DNA of 64,000 nt from an uncultured candidatus Brocadiaceae bacterium (GCA_964538915.1 CAZIFB010000005.1:43747-107746), one strand, 5' to 3'; numbered from the stretch's first letter, positions 8,698-20,678 are shown. Program-made: numbers and translations. The notes: generated by a model from the letters alone, not told the origin.

Positions 8698-9827
8698 GCG
8701 GGACCGGGAGATCGGGGCAGGCACCGCGGTTCTGCGACTTCAACGCCGGGAGCCGCGCCGACGAAGATGTCCTCGAACTGTTCGTCGCCACCGAGCGCGA
8801 GCATCCGGCGAACCCGGCGAGTGTGCACGCGCCGGGTCGGCGAGCACGAGCCGTGCTCGAGGAGGCGCGCGAGCGCGTCGCCGCCGCACTCGGACTCGCC
8901 GCCGCGGACGTGCTGTTCACCAGTGGTGGCACGGAAGCTGCCAACCTCGCGATCACCGGGCTCGGCGATCGTGCGCTGCCCGTCTTGCTCTCGCCCGCCG
9001 AACATCCTGCGGTGTACGAACCGGCGCTGGAACGCGGCGCCGTTCTCATGGCGATCGATCGCACCGGATGCGCCGTCGTCGTGGCGCCCGACACCCGCGT
9101 CGGACTCGTGGCGCTGGTCCATGCCCAGAGCGAACTCGGTACCGTGCAACCGGTCGCCGAGGCGGCGCGCCTAGCCCGGGACCTCGGGGTGCCGCTCTTC
9201 GTCGACGCCGCACAGAGCCTCGGTCGGCTCGACCTCGACCCCGTCGTGGCGTCGGGAGCGATCGTCGCCCTGTCGCCGCACAAGGCCTTCGGCATCCGCG
9301 GACACGGAGTGCTCGCGGGTCGTGGACTTCAGCACGGTCTTCGACCGATGCTGCGCGGCGGAGCACAGGAGCACGGACTGCGACCGGGTACACAGAGCCC
9401 GGCGCTCGCCGTCGCGAATGCACTCGCGATCGAGCGAGCGATCGAGCATCGCGAAGACCGCGCCGTCACCATGCTCGCCGCGCGATCCGAGTTCATGACG
9501 GGGATGCGGACCCTGGTGGTCGACCACGAAGTCTTGACACCAGAAGCGAACAGCGTGCCGAACACCGTGATGATCGCGTTCCGCGGCGTCGACGGTCGCA
9601 ACCTCCTTCCGGCTCTCGATCTCGCAGGTGTTCACGCTTCGCACGGCAGTGCGTGTTCGTCCGGCGCACCGACTCCGCCTCGCATCCTGCGCGCGATCGG
9701 ACTCGACGACGCTTCGGCTCGAGCGTGCGTGCGGTTCAGCTTCAGCGGTGACGAGGCGCCCGGCTCGATGCGCGACGCAGGTGTGCGCGCAGCGCAGGTC
9801 GTGCAGCGTCTGCAAAAAAAAATCTGA
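8694..9827 (+). CDS. Cysteine desulfurase (class V aminotransferase, NifS/IscS-like)
   Basis: GTGA overlap with the bshA stop. NPASVHAPGRRA, FTSGGTEAANLAI, SPHKAFG (PLP lysine) and HGSACSSG (active-site Cys loop). Confidence 0.85.
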   Translation: MSGTGRSGQAPRFCDFNAGSRADEDVLELFVATEREHPANPASVHAPGRRARAVLEEARERVAAALGLAAADVLFTSGGTEAANLAITGLGDRALPVLLSPAEHPAVYEPALERGAVLMAIDRTGCAVVVAPDTRVGLVALVHAQSELGTVQPVAEAARLARDLGVPLFVDAAQSLGRLDLDPVVASGAIVALSPHKAFGIRGHGVLAGRGLQHGLRPMLRGGAQEHGLRPGTQSPALAVANALAIERAIEHREDRAVTMLAARSEFMTGMRTLVVDHEVLTPEANSVPNTVMIAFRGVDGRNLLPALDLAGVHASHGSACSSGAPTPPRILRAIGLDDASARACVRFSFSGDEAPGSMRDAGVRAAQVVQRLQKKI

Positions 9828-10321
9828 GCTCGTCGCGCGTCGACGAACTCCTCGCGACGATTCCAAGTCGTTGTCGCATCGTGCGCGTACGAACGACGTC
9901 GCGAGGGACATCTTGGTCGCCGATTTTTTTCGCGAGCAAAGTTGTGCGTGTGCTCTTCACAAGCGTCGCCGCGATCGCTAAGGACAACTCGCGTCAGAGA
10001 GGAGCGGACCCCGGCCGCCTAACCGTGGTTCTCTCCAGAGCCTGCCTTCGGAGTCCGAGTCTGCACTCGGTCTCAGCCACTCAGAGTCCGTCGAGTCTGT
10101 CACTCGTCCCGGGTGTTGCCCGACCGATCGCGGTCGCGTCGCACCTTCGCTCTCGGAGCCACCCTCCGAGGTGCTGCCACCAACTTCGCGAACCGTCCGG
10201 CGAGAGCCGAGCCGTTCCACGCCACCCGTCCGTACCCGCTTCTGGCGCTGCCGCCAGCGGCGCCGTTTCGTAGTCCCTCGTTCCACCCGTTTCGGCAACC
10301 CTGTCCTTGCACCCTAGACCC
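9828..10321. promoter_or_regulatory. Long non-coding region upstream of dnaA: dnaA promoter and possible oriC part
   Basis: About 490 bp without a credible ORF in a genome where genes usually abut or overlap. Contains T7 (9924-9930) and an imperfect direct repeat GAGTCCG(TCG)AGTCTG(T)CACTCG at 10051-10069 and 10084-10106. No canonical DnaA box found by eye. Confidence 0.3.
9850..9930 (+). terminator. Structured element after the cysteine desulfurase gene: 10-bp inverted repeat followed by a T7 run
   Basis: CCTCGCGACG (9850-9859) pairs with CGTCGCGAGG (9897-9906). T7 at 9924-9930 is rare in this GC context. However, the T run is 17 nt from the stem, not adjacent. Confidence 0.3.
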
Positions 10322-11815
10322 ATGGTGGATGCCCACACGCCAGAGTCGCAACCGCTCGACGAAAAGGAAGTGCTGCGGATCGTCCTGCAGTATCTCGGCC
10401 CGCGTGTGCGGCCGGAGCAGTTGGAGACCTGGTTCCGCACGATGAACGTGCGCCGCATCGACGACCGCGAGATCGATCTCTCGGTCACGAGCCAGTTCGT
10501 GCGTGACTGGCTCCAGCGCAACTACCTGTCCCTCCTCAACGAAGCGGTCGGTGCGCTCGGCGAACCGCGCCGCCGTCTCGTCCTGTCGAACCGCGAGGAA
10601 GACGGCTTCGACGGTTTCCGTGCAACCGGTCTCGGAGCGGCGCTCGGTCGCGGCGAACCCGCGCGCCTCGGCGCCGCCGACGAGATCGAGCGCGTGATCC
10701 GCCTCAACGACACAGCCGCGCCGATCCCCGTGACGGCGGCCGCGGCGGGGACGAACGTCGCGCCCGGCGTGCTCCGCCGTGCCACCAACCCGCTCAACCC
10801 GAACTACACGTTCGACAAGTTCGTCGTCGGTTCGTGCAACCGGCTCGCCCACGCTTCTGCGCTCGCGATCGGCGAGAACCCGGGCTGTGCCTACAACCCG
10901 CTCTTCGTTCACGGCAACGTCGGCCTCGGCAAGTCGCACCTGCTGCAGGCGATCTGTCACACGATCCTGCGGCGCGATCCGAACGCGCGAGTCGTCTACC
11001 TGAGCTGCGAGGACTTCACGAACGCGTTCATCCACGCGATCCAGAACCAGAAGCTCGACGTCTTCCGCGACTTCTACCGTTCTGCCGACGTGCTGGTGAT
11101 CGACGACGTGCAGTTCCTCGCGAATCGCGAGAAGACGCAGGACGAGTTCTTCCACACGTTCAACACGCTCTACGACGCGCAGAAGCAGATCGTGCTGTCG
11201 TCCGATCGCACACCGGTCGAGATCCCGACGATCCAGGAGCGGCTGGTCTCGCGCTTCAAATGGGGCCTGGTCGCCGAAGTCGAGGCGCCGTGCTTCGAGA
11301 CGCGCAGGGCGATCGTTCGGCGCAAGGCCGAGGGCCGCGGCGCGAGCCTGCCGGAGGACGTCGTCTCGTTCCTCGCCGAGCGCGTCACCGGGAACATCCG
11401 CGAGCTGGAGGGTGCGGTGATCAAGGTCGTCGGCATCGCCGCGATCACGGAACAACCGATCACGCTCGCCCTCGCCGAAACGAGCATGCGCGGCATGCCC
11501 GTGCTGCACCAACAGGTGTCCGTCGACGACGTGATGGCGCTCGTGACGAGTGAGTTCGCGATCACGGCGCGGGAGCTCACCGGCAAGGGCCGCACCCAGA
11601 CTGTCAGTCTGCCTCGGCAGATCGCGATGTTCCTGATCCGTGAGCACACGGAGAACTCGCTCGAGGACGTCGGCCGCATCTTCGGCAACCGCGACCACAC
11701 CACGGTCCTCTACGCGGTCACGAAGATCCAGGATCGCTCGAAGACCGATCGGCTGTTCAAGGAACTGCTCGACGGTCTCAGCACCCGCTTGCTGACGCGC
11801 TCGTTCCGGACCTGA
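10322..11815 (+). CDS. dnaA: Chromosomal replication initiator protein DnaA
   Basis: AAA+ core with NPLFVHGNVGLGKSHLLQAI (Walker A) and VLVIDDVQFL (Walker B). C-terminal HTH with RQIAMFLIRE and DHTTVLYA. ATG at 10322; the TTG at 10307 from the track is an alternative start. Confidence 0.95.
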   Translation: MVDAHTPESQPLDEKEVLRIVLQYLGPRVRPEQLETWFRTMNVRRIDDREIDLSVTSQFVRDWLQRNYLSLLNEAVGALGEPRRRLVLSNREEDGFDGFRATGLGAALGRGEPARLGAADEIERVIRLNDTAAPIPVTAAAAGTNVAPGVLRRATNPLNPNYTFDKFVVGSCNRLAHASALAIGENPGCAYNPLFVHGNVGLGKSHLLQAICHTILRRDPNARVVYLSCEDFTNAFIHAIQNQKLDVFRDFYRSADVLVIDDVQFLANREKTQDEFFHTFNTLYDAQKQIVLSSDRTPVEIPTIQERLVSRFKWGLVAEVEAPCFETRRAIVRRKAEGRGASLPEDVVSFLAERVTGNIRELEGAVIKVVGIAAITEQPITLALAETSMRGMPVLHQQVSVDDVMALVTSEFAITARELTGKGRTQTVSLPRQIAMFLIREHTENSLEDVGRIFGNRDHTTVLYAVTKIQDRSKTDRLFKELLDGLSTRLLTRSFRT

Positions 11816-12284
11816 TCGCGGGCCGCCTCGAACCGAAGCGGCAACGCTCGGGATCGTGCCTGGCGTCCTCCTGGTCGCGCGTTCTTTTGACGTCTGGGTC
11901 CGCGAAGCTGGATGGCGTGGCACCGGCGGGAGATCGGGTCGTCACGAAACCTGTGCACAGCCAGGGAGTGATGTCTGGAGCTTCTGCGGATCCCTGTCGG
12001 GAGGTCTCCCGATGCTTCCCGGGTCGTCCCGCTCCTCGTCGCAAGACGTCGAGAATGTGGATCCGTGCACCGCATCTTCCGACCGTTTCTCCAGGCCCGT
12101 GAACCGCCCTGGAGCCGGCTTTCTTGCTTCGATGGCGACGATCCATCGCTAACCTATGCACACTCGCGACGGAACGGATGACGGTGACGAGAGAGTACTT
12201 CTCTCTCACTGAAGATCTCCCGTCTCGCGCGCTTGAGCCAACACACCCGGCACCCGCACCTTCGAAGCCCGCAAGCACCGTACG
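11816..12284. promoter_or_regulatory. dnaA-dnaN intergenic region: candidate oriC with DnaA-box-like motifs
   Basis: About 470 bp non-coding. Near matches to TTATCCACA/TGTGGATAA: TGTGGATCC 12056-12064 (7/9) and CTATGCACA 12154-12162 (7/9). A palindromic TGTGCACA sits within 11951-11959. Hairpin GAGAGAG-N5-CTCTCTC at 12189-12207. Confidence 0.35.
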
Positions 12285-13379
12285 ATGAAGATCCTCTGCG
12301 ACCGCAACGCGCTGCAAGAAGCCGTCACCGTCGTCTCGTCCGTCGTTCCGGCGAAGACCACGAAGCCCATCCTGCAGAACCTCCTGCTGCGGGCCGACAG
12401 CGAAGGCATCACGTTGTTCGCGACGGACCTCGAGATGGCGGCGCGGGTGCAGCTCGACTCCGTGAAGGTGTCGAAGAAGGGGACGGCGCTCCTGCCCGCT
12501 CGTGAGACCGCGGCGCTGCTCCGCGAGCTGGGTGAGCCCACCGTGACGCTCGACAGCAGCGAGCAGCGCTGCCGCATCGAGAGCGGCGGCGGCTCGTTCG
12601 TGCTCCTGGGCGAGGACCCGGAGCAGTATCCCGAGGAAGCGCTCGGCAAGGCGGGCAAGAAGGTCGAGATCGTGGCCGGTGCGATGCTGCGGATGATCCA
12701 GGAGACGGTCTTCGCGGCGGCACGGGAGGAGACCCGTTACGCGATCAACGGCGTCCTGCTCGACTGCGCAGCGGGGTGCCTGCGCCTCGTGGCGACCGAC
12801 GGCCGACGCCTCGCGATCAGCTACGAGAACATCGACACGAAGGTCGAGTTCAAGACGGTCGTTCCGCTCCGGGCTCTGCACACCTTGAGCCGTGCGCTGA
12901 CCGAAGGCAGCAAGGAGATGCTGCGGATCGAAGTCGGCGACAAGCAGATCACCTTTGCCGTCGGTTCGACCCAGCTGGTGAGCCAGCTGCTCGAAACGCG
13001 CTTCCCCGACTACGAGGGTGTGCTGCCGAAGTCGGCCGACACGACCGTCGAGGTCTCCAAGTCGCTGCTCGAAGGTGCGCTGCGCCGCGCCGCGATCTTG
13101 TCCTCCAACGACATGCGCATGGTGCGCTTCGAGGTCGCCGACGACCAGCTTCGGATGACCGCCGAGAGTTCCGCCCGCGGCCGCGCCGACGTCGCGATCC
13201 AGGCGGTGGTGAAGGGCGCCGGCGGCTCGATCAACTTCAACCCCGACTACATCCTCGAGGCGCTGCGCATCTGCAAGCTCGACCAGGTCCGCCTCGACAT
13301 GTCGGACGACTCGATGCCGGCGAAGTTCACGCTCGGCGAGTCGTTCACCTACGTCGTCATGCCCATCAGTGGGTCGTGA
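12285..13379 (+). CDS. dnaN: DNA polymerase III beta sliding clamp
   Basis: 364 aa. MKILCDRNALQEAVTVVSSVVPAKTTKPILQNLLL and the overall three-domain length match DnaN. Positioned after dnaA. Confidence 0.95.
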   Translation: MKILCDRNALQEAVTVVSSVVPAKTTKPILQNLLLRADSEGITLFATDLEMAARVQLDSVKVSKKGTALLPARETAALLRELGEPTVTLDSSEQRCRIESGGGSFVLLGEDPEQYPEEALGKAGKKVEIVAGAMLRMIQETVFAAAREETRYAINGVLLDCAAGCLRLVATDGRRLAISYENIDTKVEFKTVVPLRALHTLSRALTEGSKEMLRIEVGDKQITFAVGSTQLVSQLLETRFPDYEGVLPKSADTTVEVSKSLLEGALRRAAILSSNDMRMVRFEVADDQLRMTAESSARGRADVAIQAVVKGAGGSINFNPDYILEALRICKLDQVRLDMSDDSMPAKFTLGESFTYVVMPISGS

Positions 13380-13442
13380 CCCGGTGGATCCCGAGTTGCC
13401 GATCGTGAGCCGACGTTCTCCGTCGAGTACCGTCTGACTTCC

Positions 13443-16197
<2,755 letters not shown>

Positions 16198-16239
16198 CGG
16201 GCTCCTCGCGGCCACGATCCGCCCACCGCGAGGACCACG

Positions 16240-17688
16240 ATGCATCGACTTCGCTATTCGATCGGCGTGCTGACGCTGCTCGCCGCCGCGCTGTGCGCGC
16301 TGTGGTTCGTCAGGATCCTGAGGAACCAGGACGAACGACCCGGCCTCGCGGTCCGAGTCGAGTTCCGCGACGCACGCGGGCTGCGCTCTGGCGCCGACGT
16401 CCGCTACCGCGGCGTATCGGTCGGCACGGTGCGAACGGTCTCGATCGCGGGCGACGGTCGCAAGGCGACGGTCGGCATGCTGCTCGATCCGATCGGTGCG
16501 GCGCAGGCTTGCGTGAACAGCGTGTTCTGGATCGTCACGCCCCGGTTCGCCGGGATCACGACGGGCGCGTCCGGTCTCGACACGCTCGTCCGCGATTCCT
16601 ACGTGACCTTCCAGACGCCGGGCGAACGCGGTTCACCGCTCGCCGACGGCAGCCTGCTCGCCGGTCGCGAGAAACCGCCGCCGGCGGCAGACCCCGAAGT
16701 GCTCGACGAGATCGAACACGGCGATCTCCTGATGAGCGTTCTGGTGCCCGAGAACCACGGACTGCGTCCCGGCTCGGCGGTGATCTACCGCGGCCAGCAG
16801 ACCGGTGACGTGCGCAGCGTCGAGCTGGCGCCGGACGGGTCGCACGTCGAAGTGAAACTGCGCATCGCGCGCAAGCACCGTCAGACGGTCACCGACAAGT
16901 CGTTCTTCTGGGTCGCGCGTCCGGCCGTGACGGGTGCGCTGCTGTCCGGGTTCACGCTGAACGACGTGAGTGCCCTGCTCACGCCCTTCGTCAGCTACTA
17001 CTCCGAACCGGGGAAAGGCGTGCCCGTGGACGACGGTCACCGCGTCGCCGCGCAGCCGATGCGGCCGTCGTTCGAGGTCGCCGCGGTGCCGAAGGCAGCC
17101 CTGCAGCCCCGCCCGCGGCCGGATCCAGCACCGGGAGCGGACGGCATCGTCGTGGTGCGGATCGTCTACGACGCGATCGAGCGCGACACCTGGAGTGCGG
17201 ACGATCCGGTGCGCGGCGAGGGCAGCGGTCTCCTTCTGCTCGCGCACGACGGCCGTGCGATCGTGGTGACCGCACGATCCGTGGTCGACGGATCGGTGAC
17301 GACGAGCGATGCGTTCGGTCGCGCTCCACAGATCGAAGACGAGCGCACGAAGGTGATGTTGCCCGACGGCTCGGTGCTTCGCGCCGTGCGGATCTGGGTT
17401 CATCCGGATGGCGCGGACCTCGCGGTCCTGCTCCTCGAGGACGTGCCGCCCGACCTGCGCGCGAGCGCGACGGATCGGCTCGCACTCGCGGAGACGATGA
17501 CGGGCAGCGACGTGCGTTGCGCCGGCCCCGACGGCGCTCCGCTCGCCGTGGCCGCGATCGAGACGATTTCCGAAGGAGCCGCACTCGGCGGTGTCGTGGT
17601 CGCGTCCGAACGAGCAGTCGGCATCGTCGGTGCGGGCAGGAAGGTCGTGCCGCTGACCTCGCTGCCCTCCGATCTGCGGCCGCGATGA
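16240..17688 (+). CDS. Membrane-anchored double-MCE (PqiB/MlaD-like) protein fused to a catalytically degenerate trypsin/HtrA-like C-terminal domain
   Basis: N-terminal TM (IGVLTLLAAALCALWFV). Two MCE units (RGLRSGADVRYRGVSVGTVRTV..FWIV and HGLRPGSAVIYRGQQTGDVRSV..FFWVARP). The C-terminus follows the HtrA layout, but His is replaced (VTARSVV), Asp is kept (GADLAVLLL) and Ser is replaced (GAALGGVVV). Confidence 0.7.
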   Translation: MHRLRYSIGVLTLLAAALCALWFVRILRNQDERPGLAVRVEFRDARGLRSGADVRYRGVSVGTVRTVSIAGDGRKATVGMLLDPIGAAQACVNSVFWIVTPRFAGITTGASGLDTLVRDSYVTFQTPGERGSPLADGSLLAGREKPPPAADPEVLDEIEHGDLLMSVLVPENHGLRPGSAVIYRGQQTGDVRSVELAPDGSHVEVKLRIARKHRQTVTDKSFFWVARPAVTGALLSGFTLNDVSALLTPFVSYYSEPGKGVPVDDGHRVAAQPMRPSFEVAAVPKAALQPRPRPDPAPGADGIVVVRIVYDAIERDTWSADDPVRGEGSGLLLLAHDGRAIVVTARSVVDGSVTTSDAFGRAPQIEDERTKVMLPDGSVLRAVRIWVHPDGADLAVLLLEDVPPDLRASATDRLALAETMTGSDVRCAGPDGAPLAVAAIETISEGAALGGVVVASERAVGIVGAGRKVVPLTSLPSDLRPR

Positions 17689-19196
17689 CGAGCGCCATGG
17701 CGCCCGCTCTCGAATTCCGCCGCTTCGGCCTCGCACACCGCCGTCCCGGCGTCGAGGACGTGTTGCTCGCCGACGTGGACCTCATGCTCGAAGAAGGGCG
17801 CTTCTACCTCTTCGTCGGGGCGAGCGGCGGCGGCAAGTCGTCGGTGCTGCGCGTGCTCGCGGGGCTCGTCGAGACGCGCGAACCGGCCCCGCGCATCTCC
17901 GGCGAACTGCTCGCGTGGGGGAAGTCGATCGTCGGCGACGACCTCTCCGCGCTGCAGGGCAACGTCGCGGCGATCCTGCAGGACGAGGGACTGCTCGACG
18001 AGCTGAGCCCGCGCGAGAACGTCGAACTCGCGCTGCGCGCCGCCGATCGATCGCGCCTTCTGGCCCCGGGTCTGCTCGCCCAGGCCGGGCTCGTCGATCC
18101 ACCGGCACGCACCGCGCAGTTGTCGGGCGGGATGCGGAAGCGTCTGGCCGTCGCTCGGGCCCTGGCGTCGAGTCCGCGTCTGCTGCTCTGCGACGAACCG
18201 ACGGCCGGCCTCGACGAGGACGCCGCGCGTCGCATTGCACGCCTTCTTCGCGACGCGCACGAACAGGATCCTGGCCGCACGACGATCGTCATCACGCACG
18301 ACCTCGACGCGTTCGAAGGGATGACCGACGGCGTGCTCGTGCTCGATCGCGCAGCCCGTTCGTTGCGACTCGAACCGCCGGGTCACCGACCCGCCGCGAA
18401 GGAACCCGCCGCCCGGGCGCCGGATCCGGTGTCGGGCGAACCGGCGCCCGTGCATGGATTGCGCCGGCTGCTGCTGCAGACCGCGGCGGTGTTCGAGACC
18501 TTCGTCGAATCGCTGCGGCGCTTGCCGCCGGTGGAGTTCGGTCAGGTCGCGCGCACCGTCGCGCGCTTCTCGATCGAACCAGCGCCGTTCGTCGCGCTCG
18601 CCGGCGCCGTCATCGGCGGCCTCGCGACGTTCTTCGCATTGAACAACAACCCGGTCGAAGGCGGCTTCGAGTCCGCGCTCCTCACCGGCACGGGCAAGGT
18701 CGCGACCGCGGTGCTCGTGCCTCTGCTCAGCGGTTTCTTCTTCACGGCGCGCATCGTCGCCGGCGCCGCGGCGCGGATCGGCACGATGAAGCGCACCAAC
18801 CAGGTCGCCGCGCTGCAGATGATGGGCGTGCGCCCCGCGGACTGGCTGCTCACGCCGCTCGTGTGGGCGATGGTGATCGCGATGCCTCTGGTGACGTTCG
18901 CCGGCGTCGTCGCGGCCGCAGTCGCCGGGGCGTTCGCTGCCGGGACGGTGTCGGGATTCTCGACGGCCGGCTGGGCGCACGCGTGGTTCGCGACGGTGGA
19001 CGCCCGCGACGTGCTCGTCGTGCTCATGAAGTCCGCGCTGTCCGGGTACCTCGTGGCGCTCGCCTGCTACCACCTCGGCATCGGCCCCAAACGGTCGAGC
19101 GCGGACGTCGGGGATGCCGTGAATCGCGCCATTGTCGTCGGCACCGGACTCGTCCTGACCGTCCATGCGGTCGGCACCTTCGTGGTGTACGCCTGA
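17685..19196 (+). CDS. Fused ABC transporter ATPase (MlaF-like) and permease (MlaE-like)
   Basis: ATGA overlap with the MCE gene stop. GASGGGKSS (Walker A), LSGGMRKRLAVARAL (signature) and LLLCDEPTAGLD (Walker B). A Pro-rich linker is followed by a multi-TM MlaE-type region (ARIGTMKRTNQVAALQMMGVRP). Confidence 0.8.
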   Translation: MTSAMAPALEFRRFGLAHRRPGVEDVLLADVDLMLEEGRFYLFVGASGGGKSSVLRVLAGLVETREPAPRISGELLAWGKSIVGDDLSALQGNVAAILQDEGLLDELSPRENVELALRAADRSRLLAPGLLAQAGLVDPPARTAQLSGGMRKRLAVARALASSPRLLLCDEPTAGLDEDAARRIARLLRDAHEQDPGRTTIVITHDLDAFEGMTDGVLVLDRAARSLRLEPPGHRPAAKEPAARAPDPVSGEPAPVHGLRRLLLQTAAVFETFVESLRRLPPVEFGQVARTVARFSIEPAPFVALAGAVIGGLATFFALNNNPVEGGFESALLTGTGKVATAVLVPLLSGFFFTARIVAGAAARIGTMKRTNQVAALQMMGVRPADWLLTPLVWAMVIAMPLVTFAGVVAAAVAGAFAAGTVSGFSTAGWAHAWFATVDARDVLVVLMKSALSGYLVALACYHLGIGPKRSSADVGDAVNRAIVVGTGLVLTVHAVGTFVVYA

Positions 19197-19262
19197 GCCA
19201 TCGGTGACACCGCCCGTTGCGCCGGCTCAAGGGGACCCCCGCCAAGGGCCGATGACCTGCCG

Positions 19263-19913
19263 GTGAAGGGCATCGAGAAGATCACTTCGGTCCGGCTCGC
19301 CGAGATCCTGACGGAGCGCGCCGCGGTCTCGTCCGAAGTCATCACCGACGCCCTGTACGCCCAGGACAAGCACGGCGAACCATTCGTCCAGATCCTGGTC
19401 AGCGGCGGCCACATCACCGAGTGGGACCTCGCGAAGCTCGTCACCGAGCACTTCAGCCTGCCCTTCCTGATGGCCGGCAACTACCACATCAGCGACGCCG
19501 CGAAGGCGCGGCTGCCGAAGGAAGTGCTGTTCAAGCACATGATCGTGCCGCTCGACGTCTTCGACGACATCGTGTGCGTCGCGATGCCCGTGATGCTCGC
19601 CTACGACGACATCGCGAAGATCCAGAAGGATCATCAGTGCGACCTCTACCCGTATGTCGGGTTGATCACCGAGAACAAGAAGGTGCTCACCGACATGCAC
19701 AAGGACTACCCGCAGTGGGTCGAGGCCGAGCAGAAGCGGCGCGAGGAAGAAGCGAAGAAGCGCTCCGCGTCGGGTGCGAAGGGCGGTGGCGACTGGATGA
19801 GCATCTTCGACGCCGGCGACCAGGCGATTCAGAGCAACAAGAAGAAGCCGTCCGGGTCTCCTGCGCCGCAGCCGTCGCCCGCCGCCGGGCAGAAGCCGCT
19901 ACCGAAGAAGTGA
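19263..19913 (+). CDS. Stand-alone T2SS-E N-terminal (GspE_N / MshEN-like) domain protein with a Lys/Pro-rich tail
   Basis: 216 aa, GTG start. LAEILTERAAVSSEVITDALYAQDKHGEPFVQILVSGGHITEWDLAKLVTEHFSLPFL and VPLDVFDDIVCVAMP fit the GspE_N repeat pattern. No ATPase domain is attached. Confidence 0.6.
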   Translation: MKGIEKITSVRLAEILTERAAVSSEVITDALYAQDKHGEPFVQILVSGGHITEWDLAKLVTEHFSLPFLMAGNYHISDAAKARLPKEVLFKHMIVPLDVFDDIVCVAMPVMLAYDDIAKIQKDHQCDLYPYVGLITENKKVLTDMHKDYPQWVEAEQKRREEEAKKRSASGAKGGGDWMSIFDAGDQAIQSNKKKPSGSPAPQPSPAAGQKPLPKK

Positions 19914-19932
19914 CCGCGGACCGCCGCGCCGA

Positions 19933-20676
19933 TCAGCGCGGGTCGATCACGAAGAGCTCGCCGTTCCGCCGCGTGAGTCGCTGCACGACGTTCTTCTGCG
20001 GGTCGTGCACCACACCGGACTCGAACCTGCCGTCTCCGTCCGTGTCGCTCCACGTCTCCACGGAACGGTCGGCGGCGTAGACCTCGAACTTCTCGGCGAA
20101 GCCGTCTTCGTTCTCGTCGAACGTCGCCGAGACGAGCACACCCTTCTTGTTGAAGAAGTCGACCCGCTCGAAGACGCGGTCGAAGTCCGCGTCGTGCGAG
20201 AACGTGACCGTCCTGCCGTCGGCACGCTGCACACAACGCAGTCCGTCCGCCTCGCCGATCCAGTCGAACAGCGGATCGCGGGGTGGCGGCCACGTCGCCC
20301 GTACCCAGAGCCCGCCGAACACGACCGCGATCGCACTCACGACGAGCAGACGCCAGTCGATCGAGGATCGGCGGGGTTCTGTGCGCGGCGTGGGCTCGCG
20401 CTCGGAGCTGGCAGCAGCGAGGGCCTGCTCCTCGAGATCGTCGACCGAGACATCGGCGCCGGCGAGGATCGTCTTCGCGCGCTCGAGGCTCGCGGTCGGC
20501 ACCAGCACACGCACACCCTGCAGGTTCATGAGGCGGCGGCTCAACGCGAGTTCGTCCGCGAGCGAATCGCCGTCGACGTGCGCCGGGATGCCCTCGGCCT
20601 GCAGCATCGCGACGAAGAGCTTCGCCTGAACCGGCGTGGCGGCGATCTTGACGACGGTCGCGATCGGTTCGCTCAC
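19933..20676 (-). CDS. Membrane protein with N-terminal DUF2007-like domain, one TM and a periplasmic C-terminal domain
   Basis: 247 aa, GTG start 2 nt after the tatA stop. N-terminus AKLFVAMLQAEGIPAHV...VLVP...ERAKTIL resembles DUF2007. TM is LLVVSAIAVVFGGLWV. Confidence 0.5.
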   Translation of the reverse strand: MSEPIATVVKIAATPVQAKLFVAMLQAEGIPAHVDGDSLADELALSRRLMNLQGVRVLVPTASLERAKTILAGADVSVDDLEEQALAAASSEREPTPRTEPRRSSIDWRLLVVSAIAVVFGGLWVRATWPPPRDPLFDWIGEADGLRCVQRADGRTVTFSHDADFDRVFERVDFFNKKGVLVSATFDENEDGFAEKFEVYAADRSVETWSDTDGDGRFESGVVHDPQKNVVQRLTRRNGELFVIDPR

Positions 20677-20678
20677 GG

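Noticed and set aside
6913-8724. 603 aa minus-strand ORF.
   Set aside because: It is entirely antisense to the HATPase-like ORF and to bshA, which has strong motif support. Its composition is typical of shadow ORFs in high-GC DNA.
9814-9822. A9 run considered as part of an AT-rich unwinding element.
   Set aside because: It lies inside the last codons of the cysteine desulfurase gene (CAA AAA AAA ATC TGA = QKKI stop), so it is coding. Only the T7 at 9924-9930 is intergenic.
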